Positions 27,338-38,470 of a stretch of 64,000 nucleotides of DNA are shown here, in pieces. This DNA comes from Opitutales bacterium (lineage in GTDB: Bacteria > Verrucomicrobiota > Verrucomicrobiia > Opitutales > UBA953). Position numbers and translations under genes: made by a program. The stretch spans positions 35,621-99,620 of the forward strand of contig JBBAUX010000007.1 in assembly GCA_040398005.1 (NCBI GenBank), written 5' to 3'. Below the pieces are notes generated by a model, which made no database searches, was not told where the DNA came from, and worked only from the letters and a program-made list of their open reading frames with translations. Each line of letters begins with the position of its first letter. Position 1 is the stretch's first letter.

Positions 27338-29857
27338 TTAGTGCTTATCTTCGCCGTCGTCAGAGATTTCTGCCGAGGCGGTTGCGGCCGGTGTATCGCT
27401 TAGACGAATTAAAGATTCGAGTGAAGAGAAGTGACGGGTCCAATCAGTCATATCAGGAATATCACCGACGATGGCGGAGAATAATTCACGCTTACTTTGT
27501 TTAAGGTCTTCAATGCGTGATTCCACCGTACCAGGCGCAATCATGCGGTAAATCATCACGTGATTTTTCTGGCCGATGCGGTGAACGCGGTCGACAGCCT
27601 GGCTTTCCACCGCGGGATTCCACCAGGGGTCCATTAAGAAAACATATTCAGCAGTATTCAGGGTAATACCCGTACCACCTGCTTTAAGTGAAGCTAGGAA
27701 TACGGCCGGACCTTTAGTTTCTTTAAAGTTTTCCACGGGTGATGAACGATCTTTGGTTTCACCTGTTAATTCGAAAATCGGAAGATTCGGTAAATCCCTA
27801 CCGAGCGTTGCCTTCACCCGATTCAGTAAGGTAACGAATTGCGAGAAGACAACTGCCTTAGAACCATTGGCCGCAATTTCTGATAATTTAGAAATCAGAA
27901 GAGTTATTTTACCAGAATGAGTCGAGTGGGCATGGGCATTCTCGGGCAATAAACCTGGGTCGCAACAGACCTGACGTAGGCGCATTAAGAGAGTGAGGAA
28001 TGAAGCAGAGTCTCGCGATAAAACGGTAGCCAAATCTCCCGATAAGCCACTGCCCTGCGTTAAGTGCTGGTACAGCGCACGTTGTTCGTGCGTGAGCGGA
28101 CACGGCAAGATCACTTCCAGTTTCGGTGGAATGTCCGAGGCTACGTGACGCTTTAATCGTCGCAGAATAAACGGTGAGACCTGACGACGTACTTTAACAT
28201 GCGCGGCGGATTCATCGCGGAGCATGAATTTTTCAAATTGCGCACGCTTTCCTAAAAGACCAGGCATCAGGAAACGGAAGATGGTCCATAAATCAGTGAG
28301 ACGATTTTCCAGAGGCGTACCCGTAATGGCGATGCGGTGGAGTGCTTTTACACTGAGGCAAGTCTGCGTAGTTTTTGCTTCAGGATTTTTAATCGCTTGG
28401 GCTTCATCGAGTACGACGTAGCCGAATTCTGTTTTTTCCAAGAGATCGGCATGGCGGCGAAGTTGTGTGTAACTGGAGATCCAGAGTTTAGCTTTGGGAT
28501 TTTTAGCAAAATCGTCCTCCGCCGTTAAGACGGCAACCCCCGCCGAGAGTTCGGGATGGAATCGTTTAATTTCACCAATCCACACGGGAATCACACTGGC
28601 TGGGCAGACAATCAGGGAGCGATCGCCGGCGGGTCTCGACGCCAACAAGGACAGAACTTGAACGGTCTTACCTAGGCCCATTTCATCGGCCAGTAAGGGA
28701 TGCGAGCCCAAGTCGCAAAGTCGACCTAGCCAGGCGACGCCCTTGGCTTGATAGGGACGTAAATAACTAGGCAGACCTTCGGGGTATGGGGGCTCTTGCA
28801 GGAGACGGTCTTTCCATTCCTTCAAATCATCGTTCAGCTTCAACGTGCCGACTGCAGGGTGATCGAAGAGTGAAAGCAGTAAATAGCGAGGGACTTCGCC
28901 GTCCTTGCTTTTCCAGTCTTCAGAAAAATCAGCCACCGATGCGTTATAGGCAACGACGCCCTTACCGGGTAAAATCACTGGGCGACCACCGGCTTTTAAT
29001 AATAATTTTTGCTCATGTTCGAGTAAGGGGTGACTGCCCGCCTTAAGGTTCCAACTTAAACGGAATGATTTACCATCATTGCCCGAGTTAGCTTGGGCAT
29101 CGATGGCGACCTGTAATTGTTCGTTGCGAAAAATATTAAGAGAATCTTCTCCCACGAGTTTGAATCTTTTACGCCACTCATTTAACTCTTCGCGAACGAA
29201 TCTTTCAATTCTTCCGATATTATCAATCGCCCAAGTACCTGCGGTTTTACTGTAAACATATCCAGCACGGTGGGCGACGGTACTGAAACGAAATAAAGTT
29301 TGGCGTTGTTCGTCGGACAATTCATCGCCTGGAACGGCGCCTGGACCAAAGCAATTATAGGCATGTCCGCCCCTGCCCGCCCATGAGGCCGATGCGGTTA
29401 ACCCTTCGGATACTAATTCAAAAGACACTTGAAGTTTCAGCGCCAGACGCGCCGAGGTGTCTTTCTTTTCAGGCTCAACGGGTAAGACCGGTTGTACATC
29501 GGGCACCGAGTCATCGATCGCTTTAATCTCATCAGCTAAAAGTTCTTCTACTTCATACATCGCGGCGACGGCATAAGGCGCCCCGGATTCATCTTCAGGT
29601 AAAGAACTTCGCCACTCAATTTTTCCATCTTTCAATTCAATCACGGCTCGCACCGTTTTATTATCAAATTTAGTAACCGCTTCGGCACTATGGATTTTTA
29701 ATTCGAGCGAACGAACTAAGCCTTCGGTATAAATTTGTCGGCCAAGCTTTAAGTCTTTTGCTTTGAAGACAGTTTCCCACTCTTCAGGTAGGTCCTGGAA
29801 CCAATGTTCAAGGGCTTCCGTGGAGTAGGAGCGGTTTGCCGGCCTTGGGGTAGACAT
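27338..29857 (-). CDS. SNF2/Swi2-family DEAQ helicase
   Basis: LRPYQ, LADEMGLGKT, DEAQ.IKN, TGTPLEN, FSQF, LKAGGTG, DPWWNPAVE.QA.DRVHRIGQ. Confidence 0.95.
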   Translation of the reverse strand: MSTPRPANRSYSTEALEHWFQDLPEEWETVFKAKDLKLGRQIYTEGLVRSLELKIHSAEAVTKFDNKTVRAVIELKDGKIEWRSSLPEDESGAPYAVAAMYEVEELLADEIKAIDDSVPDVQPVLPVEPEKKDTSARLALKLQVSFELVSEGLTASASWAGRGGHAYNCFGPGAVPGDELSDEQRQTLFRFSTVAHRAGYVYSKTAGTWAIDNIGRIERFVREELNEWRKRFKLVGEDSLNIFRNEQLQVAIDAQANSGNDGKSFRLSWNLKAGSHPLLEHEQKLLLKAGGRPVILPGKGVVAYNASVADFSEDWKSKDGEVPRYLLLSLFDHPAVGTLKLNDDLKEWKDRLLQEPPYPEGLPSYLRPYQAKGVAWLGRLCDLGSHPLLADEMGLGKTVQVLSLLASRPAGDRSLIVCPASVIPVWIGEIKRFHPELSAGVAVLTAEDDFAKNPKAKLWISSYTQLRRHADLLEKTEFGYVVLDEAQAIKNPEAKTTQTCLSVKALHRIAITGTPLENRLTDLWTIFRFLMPGLLGKRAQFEKFMLRDESAAHVKVRRQVSPFILRRLKRHVASDIPPKLEVILPCPLTHEQRALYQHLTQGSGLSGDLATVLSRDSASFLTLLMRLRQVCCDPGLLPENAHAHSTHSGKITLLISKLSEIAANGSKAVVFSQFVTLLNRVKATLGRDLPNLPIFELTGETKDRSSPVENFKETKGPAVFLASLKAGGTGITLNTAEYVFLMDPWWNPAVESQAVDRVHRIGQKNHVMIYRMIAPGTVESRIEDLKQSKRELFSAIVGDIPDMTDWTRHFSSLESLIRLSDTPAATASAEISDDGEDKH

Positions 29858-29989
29858 CGACGTAGAAGGTCATCATGGGTGTGTATTTTAAGTCATTCAA
29901 CCCTCAATCTTAACTAAATACTTTGGTCTGGGCTTGTTCTTGTCCCAGCCTCTGGTTAAATCGAAATCAAACTTTTAATCGTAACACAT

Positions 29990-32716
29990 ATGAAACACCT
30001 TAGTGTAGGTTCACGCTGGAATGCCGATTTATTGGCGGAATATCACGAGCGTTGGAAAAAAGACCCGAAGTCTGTTGATGCAGATTGGGCCGCTTTCTTT
30101 GAAGGTTTTGAATTGGGTTTATCTCTTCCACCCAAACCTACAAAAGTTTCTGGAGCGGTTGCCCCTGGAGCAGCTGTTGACGCTTCGGCCCAAGTCAAAG
30201 TACTCGCTGCGATTCAAGCCTACCGAACCTTAGGTCACTTGCAGGCCAGAATTAATCCTCTCTTCGACCCAACTCCTTATTTTGAATTAACCGATAAGGC
30301 TCTTGGACTCGACACGCTCCCGCCGACGCAAATTTTTCACACGGGTGATTTCCTAGGCGGCGCGATACTCCCACTCTCAGAAATTTTAGCTAAGCTTAAA
30401 AGTATTTATGGTGGCACCATCGCCGTGGAGTTCACCCACATTCAGGATGGTGTACGCCGACGGTGGTTCCAGGAACGCGTTGAAAGCTCAGGCTTACGAT
30501 CCGCCTATAATCACGATACCCGCCGCGGTTTTTTAAGAACTCTCGTCCAAGCAGAAGAGTTGGAACGCTTTATTCATAAGACTTTTGTGGGGGCCAAGCG
30601 TTTCTCCGTCGAAGGAGGAGAAAGTATGATGGTCGCACTCGAACGTGTAATCAGCCGTGCACCTGAATTAGAAATTAACGATATCATCATCGGCATGTCC
30701 CACCGAGGTCGTCTCAATGTACTTGTAAATATCCTAGGTAAAAAACCTGAAGCACTATTCAAAGCCTTCTCCGAAAGTTATATTCCCGATACCAGTTCTG
30801 GTGATGGAGATGTAAAATATCACCTGGGCTATGAAAGCAGTCGCACCACCAACGGCAAAAATATCGCCCTCACTCTCGCTTATAATCCTAGCCACTTAGA
30901 AGCCGTTAATCCCATTGCTCTGGGACGTGCTCGTGCGCGCGTTGATTTACAAAACGAAGGTCAACGGGCCAAAGTTCTTCCTATTTTAATTCACGGTGAC
31001 GCCGCATTCGCGGGCCAAGGTGTCGTCATGGAGTCGCTCAATCTTTCTGGCGTTAAGGGTTATACGGTCGGAGGTACGCTCCATATCGTTACGAATAATC
31101 AAGTAGGCTTCACCACCAATCCTGAGGAAGGTCGTACAGGTCGTCACTGTACGGAAATCGCTAAGTTCATCGAAGCCCCGATTTTACACGTCAATGGCGA
31201 CGATCCTGATGCCGTCGTCCTGGCTACCGAAATTGCTTTAGAGTACCGCCAGAAATTCTCCGCGGATGTGGTCGTCGATATCGTTTGCTACCGTCGTTAC
31301 GGCCACAACGAAACGGACGAGCCCCTTTTCACTCAGCCTATTTTATATAAGAATATCACAACACACCCGAGCGTCACTGAGTTATATTCATCGCGCTTAA
31401 CCGAGTCGGGCTCCGCACCGGGTGGTGAATTACAAAGCCTGCGCACCGAATTTGATATTTTATTAAACGCCGCCCAAGATCGCGCCCGCGCCAGCCTGGA
31501 GGCCGACCTCGCCAATAAGCCCGCGCCAAAGCTCAAACCTTTCCAATCCCCCTACGACGCACACGTGGAGACGCGTGCCCATGCGGAGTTGTTACAAAAA
31601 ATCGCGCCTTCGCTTTGGACAATGCCACCCGATTTTGCGCCTAACTCCAAAATTAAGCGTATGTTGGATATCAAAAGAGATACCTTTAAATCAGGAATTA
31701 ATTTCGATTGGAGTTTAGGCGAAGGCTTAGCCTTTGGATCGCTCTTAGCCGAAGGCTATCCTGTCCGTATTTCTGGCCAAGACTGCGAACGCGGTACCTT
31801 CTCTCACCGTCACGCGGTCCTTCATGATCCGTCGAACGACGCAAAATATTGCCCGCTCAATTCAGTGCCTGGTGGCGAATCGATTGAGTTAGTAAATTCT
31901 ACTTTATCGGAATATGCTGTGCTCGGTTTTGATTATGGATATTCATTAGAAGCCCCCGATTCGTTGGTGATTTGGGAAGCGCAATTCGGAGACTTTTCAA
32001 ACGGTGCCCAAATTGTCATCGATCAATTCATCGCTTCCGCTGAATCCAAATGGGGTCAGACGAGCGGCTTAGTTCTTCTACTTCCACACGGCTACGAAGG
32101 CCAAGGCCCAGAACACTCCTCGGCTCGACTCGAAAGATACCTCCAACTTTGTGCTGAAAATAATATTCAGGTGATTCAGCCTTCCACTCCTGCACAACTT
32201 TTCCACGCCTTACGCCGTCAGGTTAAATCCGAACATCGTAAGCCCCTCATTGTGCTGACACCGAAGAGCTTACTGCGTCACAAAACTTGCGTCAGTAAAT
32301 TTACAGATTTCACCGATCAAGATTTCCAAGCGTTGATTGCGGACTCAACACCAGCGGGTAAAACTGAACGTCTCATTTTTTGTTCAGGAAAAATATTTTA
32401 CGATCTCGAAGCCGAACGGGCCGCCCGCCAAGATACGACGACGACCATTGTTCGCGTCGAACAACTCTTCCCTCTCGATTCCTCTGCCTTAAAGAAAATT
32501 CATACTCAGTACGGTTCGCCCGCCAAAGTAGTTTGGGTACAAGAAGAACCCAAGAACATGGCGGCATGGACTTTCATTTCGCCCGTTATCGAGGCCGCGC
32601 TTGGAGTTCAGCCCTTGTACGCTGGACGTGACGCCGCTGCTTCTCCCGCCGTGGGCGCCCTTTCTGTCCATAAACTCGAGCAATCTGACGTAATTCAGCA
32701 GGCGTTTACTGTCTAA
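29990..32716 (+). CDS. sucA: 2-oxoglutarate dehydrogenase E1
   Basis: KRFS.EG, HRGRLN, GDVKYHLG, NPSHLEAV, HGDAAF.GQG, YRRYGHNE, WEAQFGDF and HGYEGQGPEHSS. Confidence 0.98.
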   Translation: MKHLSVGSRWNADLLAEYHERWKKDPKSVDADWAAFFEGFELGLSLPPKPTKVSGAVAPGAAVDASAQVKVLAAIQAYRTLGHLQARINPLFDPTPYFELTDKALGLDTLPPTQIFHTGDFLGGAILPLSEILAKLKSIYGGTIAVEFTHIQDGVRRRWFQERVESSGLRSAYNHDTRRGFLRTLVQAEELERFIHKTFVGAKRFSVEGGESMMVALERVISRAPELEINDIIIGMSHRGRLNVLVNILGKKPEALFKAFSESYIPDTSSGDGDVKYHLGYESSRTTNGKNIALTLAYNPSHLEAVNPIALGRARARVDLQNEGQRAKVLPILIHGDAAFAGQGVVMESLNLSGVKGYTVGGTLHIVTNNQVGFTTNPEEGRTGRHCTEIAKFIEAPILHVNGDDPDAVVLATEIALEYRQKFSADVVVDIVCYRRYGHNETDEPLFTQPILYKNITTHPSVTELYSSRLTESGSAPGGELQSLRTEFDILLNAAQDRARASLEADLANKPAPKLKPFQSPYDAHVETRAHAELLQKIAPSLWTMPPDFAPNSKIKRMLDIKRDTFKSGINFDWSLGEGLAFGSLLAEGYPVRISGQDCERGTFSHRHAVLHDPSNDAKYCPLNSVPGGESIELVNSTLSEYAVLGFDYGYSLEAPDSLVIWEAQFGDFSNGAQIVIDQFIASAESKWGQTSGLVLLLPHGYEGQGPEHSSARLERYLQLCAENNIQVIQPSTPAQLFHALRRQVKSEHRKPLIVLTPKSLLRHKTCVSKFTDFTDQDFQALIADSTPAGKTERLIFCSGKIFYDLEAERAARQDTTTTIVRVEQLFPLDSSALKKIHTQYGSPAKVVWVQEEPKNMAAWTFISPVIEAALGVQPLYAGRDAAASPAVGALSVHKLEQSDVIQQAFTV

Positions 32717-32852
32717 AATTTGTTCAGTAGAAGATTTAACAGGGAGTTTGTGGTGACCTTCTACAATCGGGCAGACCCGATATTGTGAAAAATTGTCCTA
32801 TTTCCCCGTTGAAACTGTCGGGTAGTACTTACAAGGTCGTAGTCTTACTTTT

Positions 32853-34127
32853 ATGGCTGTGGACGTCAAAATACCCTCGATGGGCGAATCAATCACTGGT
32901 GGCCTCCTATCTACATGGGCGGTAAAAAACGGTGATAACGTTAAAAAAGGTCAGGCCTTATTCTCTTTCGAGACTGATAAAGTTACTTCCGACGGCACCG
33001 CGGAGATTGATGGACAAATTACCATCACCGTTCCCGCTGGAACTGAAGTAGCGGTCGGACAAGTTGTCGCCACCATCGCCGCAGGATCTTTAGCGAGCTC
33101 ACCAGCACCGGCAATTTCATCAACACCTGCCGCGCAACCTAAAGCTGCAAAAGTTGAGTCAGTCGCTGCTCCCAAAATGGCGAGTGCGCCCCTTGTTAAA
33201 ACCGGAAATTTTGAAGCTTCACCCGCCGTGCGTAGAATCGCCGCAGAAACGGGTTTAAATCCCCTCAGCATTGCCGGAACTGGCAAAGGTGGACGTGTGA
33301 CCAAGGGCGACATGCTCGCTGCAATGGATGGACAAACTCCCATCGTGGCAGTTGCACCTTCAGCTGTAAGTACCGTAACAGCGCCCGTAGCAGAAAAAGT
33401 AGCGGCAGTGGAAATTCCTGATCGCGAAGGACGTACGACCAGAAAACGGATGTCACCTCTGCGTCGCAAAATTGCTGAACGTCTCGTCCAAGCGAAGTCT
33501 GAGACTGCTATGCTGACAACTTTCAACGAAGTGAATATGGCACCCATCATGGAACTTCGTAAACGTCACGGTGAAGAATTCCTCAAGAAATACGGTGTTA
33601 AACTAGGGTTCATGTCCTTCTTCGTCAAAGCTGCTGTCCAAGCCCTGAAAGAAGTTCGCACCGTCAATGCCCAGTTAGAGGGTGAAGATATTCTCGAAAA
33701 TAATTTCTACGACATCGGTGTCGCCGTCGGCACCGACAAAGGTCTGATGGTTCCCGTGGTTCGCGATTGCGATCAACTGAGTTTCGCTGGAATTGAAAAT
33801 GCGATTAGCGATTTTGGTAAACGGGCGCGTGATGGAAAAATTCAGTTACCCGAACTTCAGGGCGGCGTCTTCACCATTTCCAACGGCGGCATCTACGGTT
33901 CAATGCTCTCGACTCCAATTTTAAATCACCCCCAAGCTGCGATCATGGGCTTACACAATATTGTGGAACGTGCGGTCGTCGAAAAAGGTCAAATCGTCAT
34001 TCGGCCCATCATGTACCTGGCCCTCTCGTATGATCACCGAATAATTGATGGCAAAGAAGCGGTCACCTTCTTGGTCAAAGTTCGTCAGTATATTGAAGAA
34101 CCCCAAACCCTGCTCTTCGGATCCTAA
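32853..34127 (+). CDS. sucB: Dihydrolipoyllysine succinyltransferase E2
   Basis: Lipoyl ETDKV, E3-binding ASPAVRR...[18 protein letters not shown] and SYDHR.IDG. Confidence 0.97.
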   Translation: MAVDVKIPSMGESITGGLLSTWAVKNGDNVKKGQALFSFETDKVTSDGTAEIDGQITITVPAGTEVAVGQVVATIAAGSLASSPAPAISSTPAAQPKAAKVESVAAPKMASAPLVKTGNFEASPAVRRIAAETGLNPLSIAGTGKGGRVTKGDMLAAMDGQTPIVAVAPSAVSTVTAPVAEKVAAVEIPDREGRTTRKRMSPLRRKIAERLVQAKSETAMLTTFNEVNMAPIMELRKRHGEEFLKKYGVKLGFMSFFVKAAVQALKEVRTVNAQLEGEDILENNFYDIGVAVGTDKGLMVPVVRDCDQLSFAGIENAISDFGKRARDGKIQLPELQGGVFTISNGGIYGSMLSTPILNHPQAAIMGLHNIVERAVVEKGQIVIRPIMYLALSYDHRIIDGKEAVTFLVKVRQYIEEPQTLLFGS

Positions 34128-34144
34128 TTTCTAAATAAAAATAT

Positions 34145-35545
34145 ATGTCTCAACTTGATCTCGTCGTTATTGGCTCTGGCCCAGGAGGCTACGTCGCCGC
34201 AATTAAAGCCGCGCAACTCGGACTGAAAGTCGCGCTCGTCGAAAAAGACCCTGTACTGGGTGGCACCTGCCTGAACGTTGGCTGTATTCCTTCGAAGGCC
34301 CTTCTGCATTCCACTGAAGTATTTCAACACGTGGTCCATGGCAAAAAACACGGTATCGTCGGTGGCGAGAAAGTAACTTTTGATGTAGCAGCCATGATGG
34401 CCAACAAAGATAAGGTCGTCGGACAGCTCAACAAAGGGGTGGAATTTTTAGTGAGCAAACGCGGCGTCGAAATTGTTCGCGGACTCGGTCGACTCGGAAA
34501 AGCCGGCGAAGTTCTCGTACGTAGCACCGCAGGCGAGCGTATTCTCCAAACTAAGAACATCATCATCGCAACGGGATCTTCTGCAGTAGAACTCCCCTTC
34601 ATGAAATTTGATGGTGAGACGGTCATTTCCTCCGACCATGGTATCGCTCTAAAAGCGATTCCCACCAACATGGTAGTGGTCGGTGCGGGTGCGATTGGAC
34701 TAGAACTCGGATCCGTCTGGGCTCGTCTCGGTTCGCAAGTCACCGTGGTGGAAATGCTCCCTACGATTGGCGGACCGTCTTACGACACCGATGTCGCGAA
34801 GGTCGCTCAAGCTGCTTTTGAAAAACAAGGAATCAAATTTGAACTCGGTGCTAAAGTGACCGGCGTTAAGAAAACCGCGGCCGGCTTTGCTTTAACCGCC
34901 GAACGTGAAGGCAAAGTTTTAGAATTCCCTGCTGATAAAATCCTCGTCGCGGTCGGTCGTAAAGCCAACACCGTCGGCCTCGGTGCCCAAGAAGCTGGAC
35001 TCAAACTTGATGAAAGAAATCGTATCGTGATTGATGACCATTATCGTACGAACCTTCCTGGTGTGTATGCGATTGGCGATGTGGTGGCAGGCCCTATGCT
35101 TGCTCACAAAGCGGAAGAGGAAGGTGTTGCTGCGGCTGAAATTATTGCCGGTAAACCTGGTCACGTAAATTACAACGTCATCCCTGGTGTCATTTATACC
35201 GATCCTGAAGTAGCTTGTGTGGGCATGATTGAATCTGAAGCCAAAGCGAAAAACATCGAAGTGAAGATTGGAAAATTCCAACTCGCTGGAAACGGACGTG
35301 CCATCGCTTCTGATGCAACGACTGGATTTGTGAAAGTGATTGCCGATGCGAAGACCGATAAACTTTTAGGTGTACAAATTGTTTCGCGTGGTGCGTCTGA
35401 AATGATTGCAGCTGCCTGTGCTCACATGGAGTACGGTGGTAGCGCTGAAGACGTGGCACGCACCTGTTTTGCCCACCCAACAATCAGCGAGTCCTTCAAG
35501 GAAGCAGCGATGGCGGTCAATAAGGTGAGCATCCACTCGCTCTAA
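34145..35545 (+). CDS. lpdA: Dihydrolipoyl dehydrogenase
   Basis: GSGPGGY, GGTCLNVGCIPSK, LAHKAEEEG and HPT.SE. Confidence 0.98.
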   Translation: MSQLDLVVIGSGPGGYVAAIKAAQLGLKVALVEKDPVLGGTCLNVGCIPSKALLHSTEVFQHVVHGKKHGIVGGEKVTFDVAAMMANKDKVVGQLNKGVEFLVSKRGVEIVRGLGRLGKAGEVLVRSTAGERILQTKNIIIATGSSAVELPFMKFDGETVISSDHGIALKAIPTNMVVVGAGAIGLELGSVWARLGSQVTVVEMLPTIGGPSYDTDVAKVAQAAFEKQGIKFELGAKVTGVKKTAAGFALTAEREGKVLEFPADKILVAVGRKANTVGLGAQEAGLKLDERNRIVIDDHYRTNLPGVYAIGDVVAGPMLAHKAEEEGVAAAEIIAGKPGHVNYNVIPGVIYTDPEVACVGMIESEAKAKNIEVKIGKFQLAGNGRAIASDATTGFVKVIADAKTDKLLGVQIVSRGASEMIAAACAHMEYGGSAEDVARTCFAHPTISESFKEAAMAVNKVSIHSL

Positions 35546-35575
35546 GTCGGCCCGACGACCTAACGTTAAAATTGA

Positions 35576-35676
35576 GGGGCTAGGCTTACCACGGCACACG
35601 AGAAATCAGACTGCCGTTGCTTCCTTCCGGACCTGGCGGGGTTGGCCCGCTCCCGTTGCATGGGGCCTAGCTTACC
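35576..35676 (-). ncRNA. ffs: Signal recognition particle RNA (4.5S)
   Basis: Minus strand reads CCAGGTCCGGAAGGAAGCAACGG (domain IV core). Terminal helix GCTAGGC/GCCTAGC. Upstream TTGAAA-17-CACACT promoter-like element. Ends are approximate. Confidence 0.93.
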
Positions 35677-35742
35677 TTTAAGTGTGATAAGTCTATTAAC
35701 GCTTTTCAATCCCCAACTTACCCCCTAATCCTTGCATCCTAA

Positions 35743-38466
35743 ATGGCCGAAATCCCCAAGTCCTACGAACCACAAGGCGTTGAGCAAAACTGGTATGATC
35801 GCTGGGTTGCCGCAGGTTGCTTTGCTGGAAAAGTAGACCCGACCAAGGAGTCATTCGCGGTCATGATTCCACCTCCCAATGTGACCGGCGTTCTGCACAT
35901 GGGTCACCTCCTTAATAACACCCTACAGGATATTATGGTTCGTCGCGCCCGCCAAGAAGGCAAATCGGTCTTATGGCTTCCGGGAACTGACCACGCAGGT
36001 ATCGCCACCCAAACGCGCGTCGAAAAAGATTTACGTCAGAACTCAGGTAAAACTCGTCATGACCTTGGCCGCGAAAAATTTATCGAAGTAGCCTCCGAGT
36101 GGCGCGATAAACATGGTGGGATTATTTTAAATCAACTTCGCAAATTAGGTGCCTCCTGTGATTGGGATCGCACAGTGCACACGCTCGACGCCGGTTACTC
36201 GCAAGCTGTGCTGCAAGCTTTCGTCACGCTCTACGAACGTGGCTATGTTTATCGAGGTAAACGCATGGTTAACTGGTGTCCCGTTTCACAAACGGGCTTA
36301 TCCGACGAAGAAGTAATTATGAAGCCTTCGAAAGGTTCATTATATAAAATGCGTTACGAGGTGGTCGAAAAACCTGGCACCTATCTAGAAATTTCCACCA
36401 CGCGTCCCGAAACCATTCCGGGTGATACGGGCGTAGCTGTCCATCCCGAGGACGAACGTTATAAGGATTTAATCGGACTCCATGTTTGGCGCCCCTTCCC
36501 TCGCGAAAAGATTATCATCGTTGGCGATAACGCGGTCGAAAAAGATTTCGGTACGGGAGTTTTAAAAGTTACTCCGGCCCACGATCGCACCGACTTCGAC
36601 ATCGGTAAGCGCCATCAATTGGCGGTGGTCGACGTCATGAATCCTGACGGTACGATGAATGAATTAGCCGGGCCATTAGCGGGTGTTGAAAGATTTAAGG
36701 CCCGTAGTATTGCGGCCAAGTTACTAGAAGAACTCGGTGCATTGGTGAAAGTAGAACCTTATGAAAATACCGTAGGCTATTCTGAACGTGCCGATGTACC
36801 CATCGAACCCCGCCTAAGCGAACAGTGGTTTATTCATTATCCGAAAATTGAAGAGGCGAAACGTGCGGTCACCTCAGGTATGATTAAATTCCATCCAGAG
36901 CGTTGGACCAAAACGTATCTGCACTGGTTAGATAATATTCAAGACTGGTGCGTCAGTCGTCAATTATGGTGGGGACATCGTATCCCGGTTTGGTATCGTA
37001 AGGGTGCGGACCGTAATGATGCGAAGAATCGACACGTCTCACTCACCCCTCCGAATAATCCAGAAAATTGGGAGCAAGATCCCGATGTCCTAGACACTTG
37101 GGCTTCCTCTTGGCTTTGGTGTCTCGCCACGATTGGTTGGCGCAAACCTGGTGAGACGACTCCTGAGCTCAGTCACTGGTACCCTACGGGTGCACTCGCG
37201 ACGGGACCTGATATTATTTTCCTCTGGGTAGCACGTATGATTATTGCTGGACTCGAATTACACGGCCCCGAAAAGAAAACCCTCACCGACGATGAAATCC
37301 GTCAACGCATTCCGTTTAAGCGTGTTTATTTCAATGGCATTATCCGTGATAAACTTGGTCGTAAAATGTCCAAGTCACTCGGTAACTCACCTGAGCCGCT
37401 TGATTTAATTGCGAAGTTTGGGGCGGATGGACTTAGACTGGGCCTCTTACTGATTGCTCCGAAAGGACAGGATATTTTATTTGACGAAGAACGTGTTTCG
37501 GGCGGAAGAAATTTTGTAAATAAACTCTGGAACGCTTCACGCTTCCGCCAGATGTCGGGCCCGATGTTCGATAATTCATCGCTCAACTCGATCGTTAAAA
37601 GAATTCAGCCAACCCAACTCGATGATGATGATTTCGCCATCATCCATGGTCTGGCAGAACTCACGGATAAAGTTGCTAATCAACTTTCCGAACACGAGTT
37701 CACGGCCTACGCCCAAGCCCTTTATAATTTCTTCTGGGGCGATTTCTGCGACTGGTACGTGGAGGCCTCCAAAGCACGCTTAGCCGATCCAGCGCTTCGC
37801 GATAATTGTCTAGCGGTTCAAGATTTAGTCATTCGACAATTCCTCTTACTCTTCCACCCTGTCGCACCCTTCATCTCGGAAGAACTTTGGCATCTCCTCG
37901 GCTATGGTAATGAAGCTGATTTCATTCAGAAACACTCACCCGGTCTCGGGGGCGACTTATTGAAGACGCTTCGTGAGAACGGCATCAAACTCATTAACTC
38001 AAAGGTACAAGACGTTGCACAACTGAGAGAGTTCGTCGTCGCCATCCGCGGTCTCAAATCTCAAGGCAATCAAGCGAATCGACGCGATAGCAAAATTATT
38101 GTGTTAGCCAAGGATGCAACGGCTAAAGCTATTCTTGAAACCAATAGAGATAAATTATTCCGTGTGGCCGGTCTTCAAGAGATGACTTTCGAAACCCATT
38201 CTGCAGATCGTCCTGGTTCGGTGACTCCGCTGGGAACAGTGATTCTTGAAATGGGAACGAATATCGATGTCGGGGCGGAAAAAATTCGTCTCACCAAAGA
38301 ACTCGAAAAAATCGAAAAAGCTGTCTCTGCTGGTGAAGCTAAACTCACGAACGAAACTTTCGTCTCCAAAGCTCCTCCCGCCATTCTGGATGGCGCTCGC
38401 AAGCAACTCGCTGAATCGGTGGCTAAACGTGACGAAATTAAACGCATGCTTTCATCCTTAAATTAA
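35743..38466 (+). CDS. valS: Valine--tRNA ligase
   Basis: PPPNVTG.LHMGH, DHAGIATQ, TTRPET, DWCVSRQLWWGH, KMSKS and C-terminal coiled coil. Confidence 0.98.
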   Translation: MAEIPKSYEPQGVEQNWYDRWVAAGCFAGKVDPTKESFAVMIPPPNVTGVLHMGHLLNNTLQDIMVRRARQEGKSVLWLPGTDHAGIATQTRVEKDLRQNSGKTRHDLGREKFIEVASEWRDKHGGIILNQLRKLGASCDWDRTVHTLDAGYSQAVLQAFVTLYERGYVYRGKRMVNWCPVSQTGLSDEEVIMKPSKGSLYKMRYEVVEKPGTYLEISTTRPETIPGDTGVAVHPEDERYKDLIGLHVWRPFPREKIIIVGDNAVEKDFGTGVLKVTPAHDRTDFDIGKRHQLAVVDVMNPDGTMNELAGPLAGVERFKARSIAAKLLEELGALVKVEPYENTVGYSERADVPIEPRLSEQWFIHYPKIEEAKRAVTSGMIKFHPERWTKTYLHWLDNIQDWCVSRQLWWGHRIPVWYRKGADRNDAKNRHVSLTPPNNPENWEQDPDVLDTWASSWLWCLATIGWRKPGETTPELSHWYPTGALATGPDIIFLWVARMIIAGLELHGPEKKTLTDDEIRQRIPFKRVYFNGIIRDKLGRKMSKSLGNSPEPLDLIAKFGADGLRLGLLLIAPKGQDILFDEERVSGGRNFVNKLWNASRFRQMSGPMFDNSSLNSIVKRIQPTQLDDDDFAIIHGLAELTDKVANQLSEHEFTAYAQALYNFFWGDFCDWYVEASKARLADPALRDNCLAVQDLVIRQFLLLFHPVAPFISEELWHLLGYGNEADFIQKHSPGLGGDLLKTLRENGIKLINSKVQDVAQLREFVVAIRGLKSQGNQANRRDSKIIVLAKDATAKAILETNRDKLFRVAGLQEMTFETHSADRPGSVTPLGTVILEMGTNIDVGAEKIRLTKELEKIEKAVSAGEAKLTNETFVSKAPPAILDGARKQLAESVAKRDEIKRMLSSLN

Positions 38467-38470
38467 GACC

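Noticed and set aside
27338..29857. SNF2 helicase (and PIN-PhoH, MazG) as an anti-phage defence island
   Set aside because: Each sits among housekeeping genes with no nuclease, methylase or mobile-element partners.
32951..35599. Long antisense ORFs over sucB and lpdA (likewise over mutS, valS and prfB)
   Set aside because: Expected stop-poor shadows of highly expressed, codon-biased genes; no independent coding evidence.
35576..35742. Possible T-box or riboswitch leader of valS
   Set aside because: The structured sequence is the SRP RNA on the opposite strand, and no T-box motif is seen.
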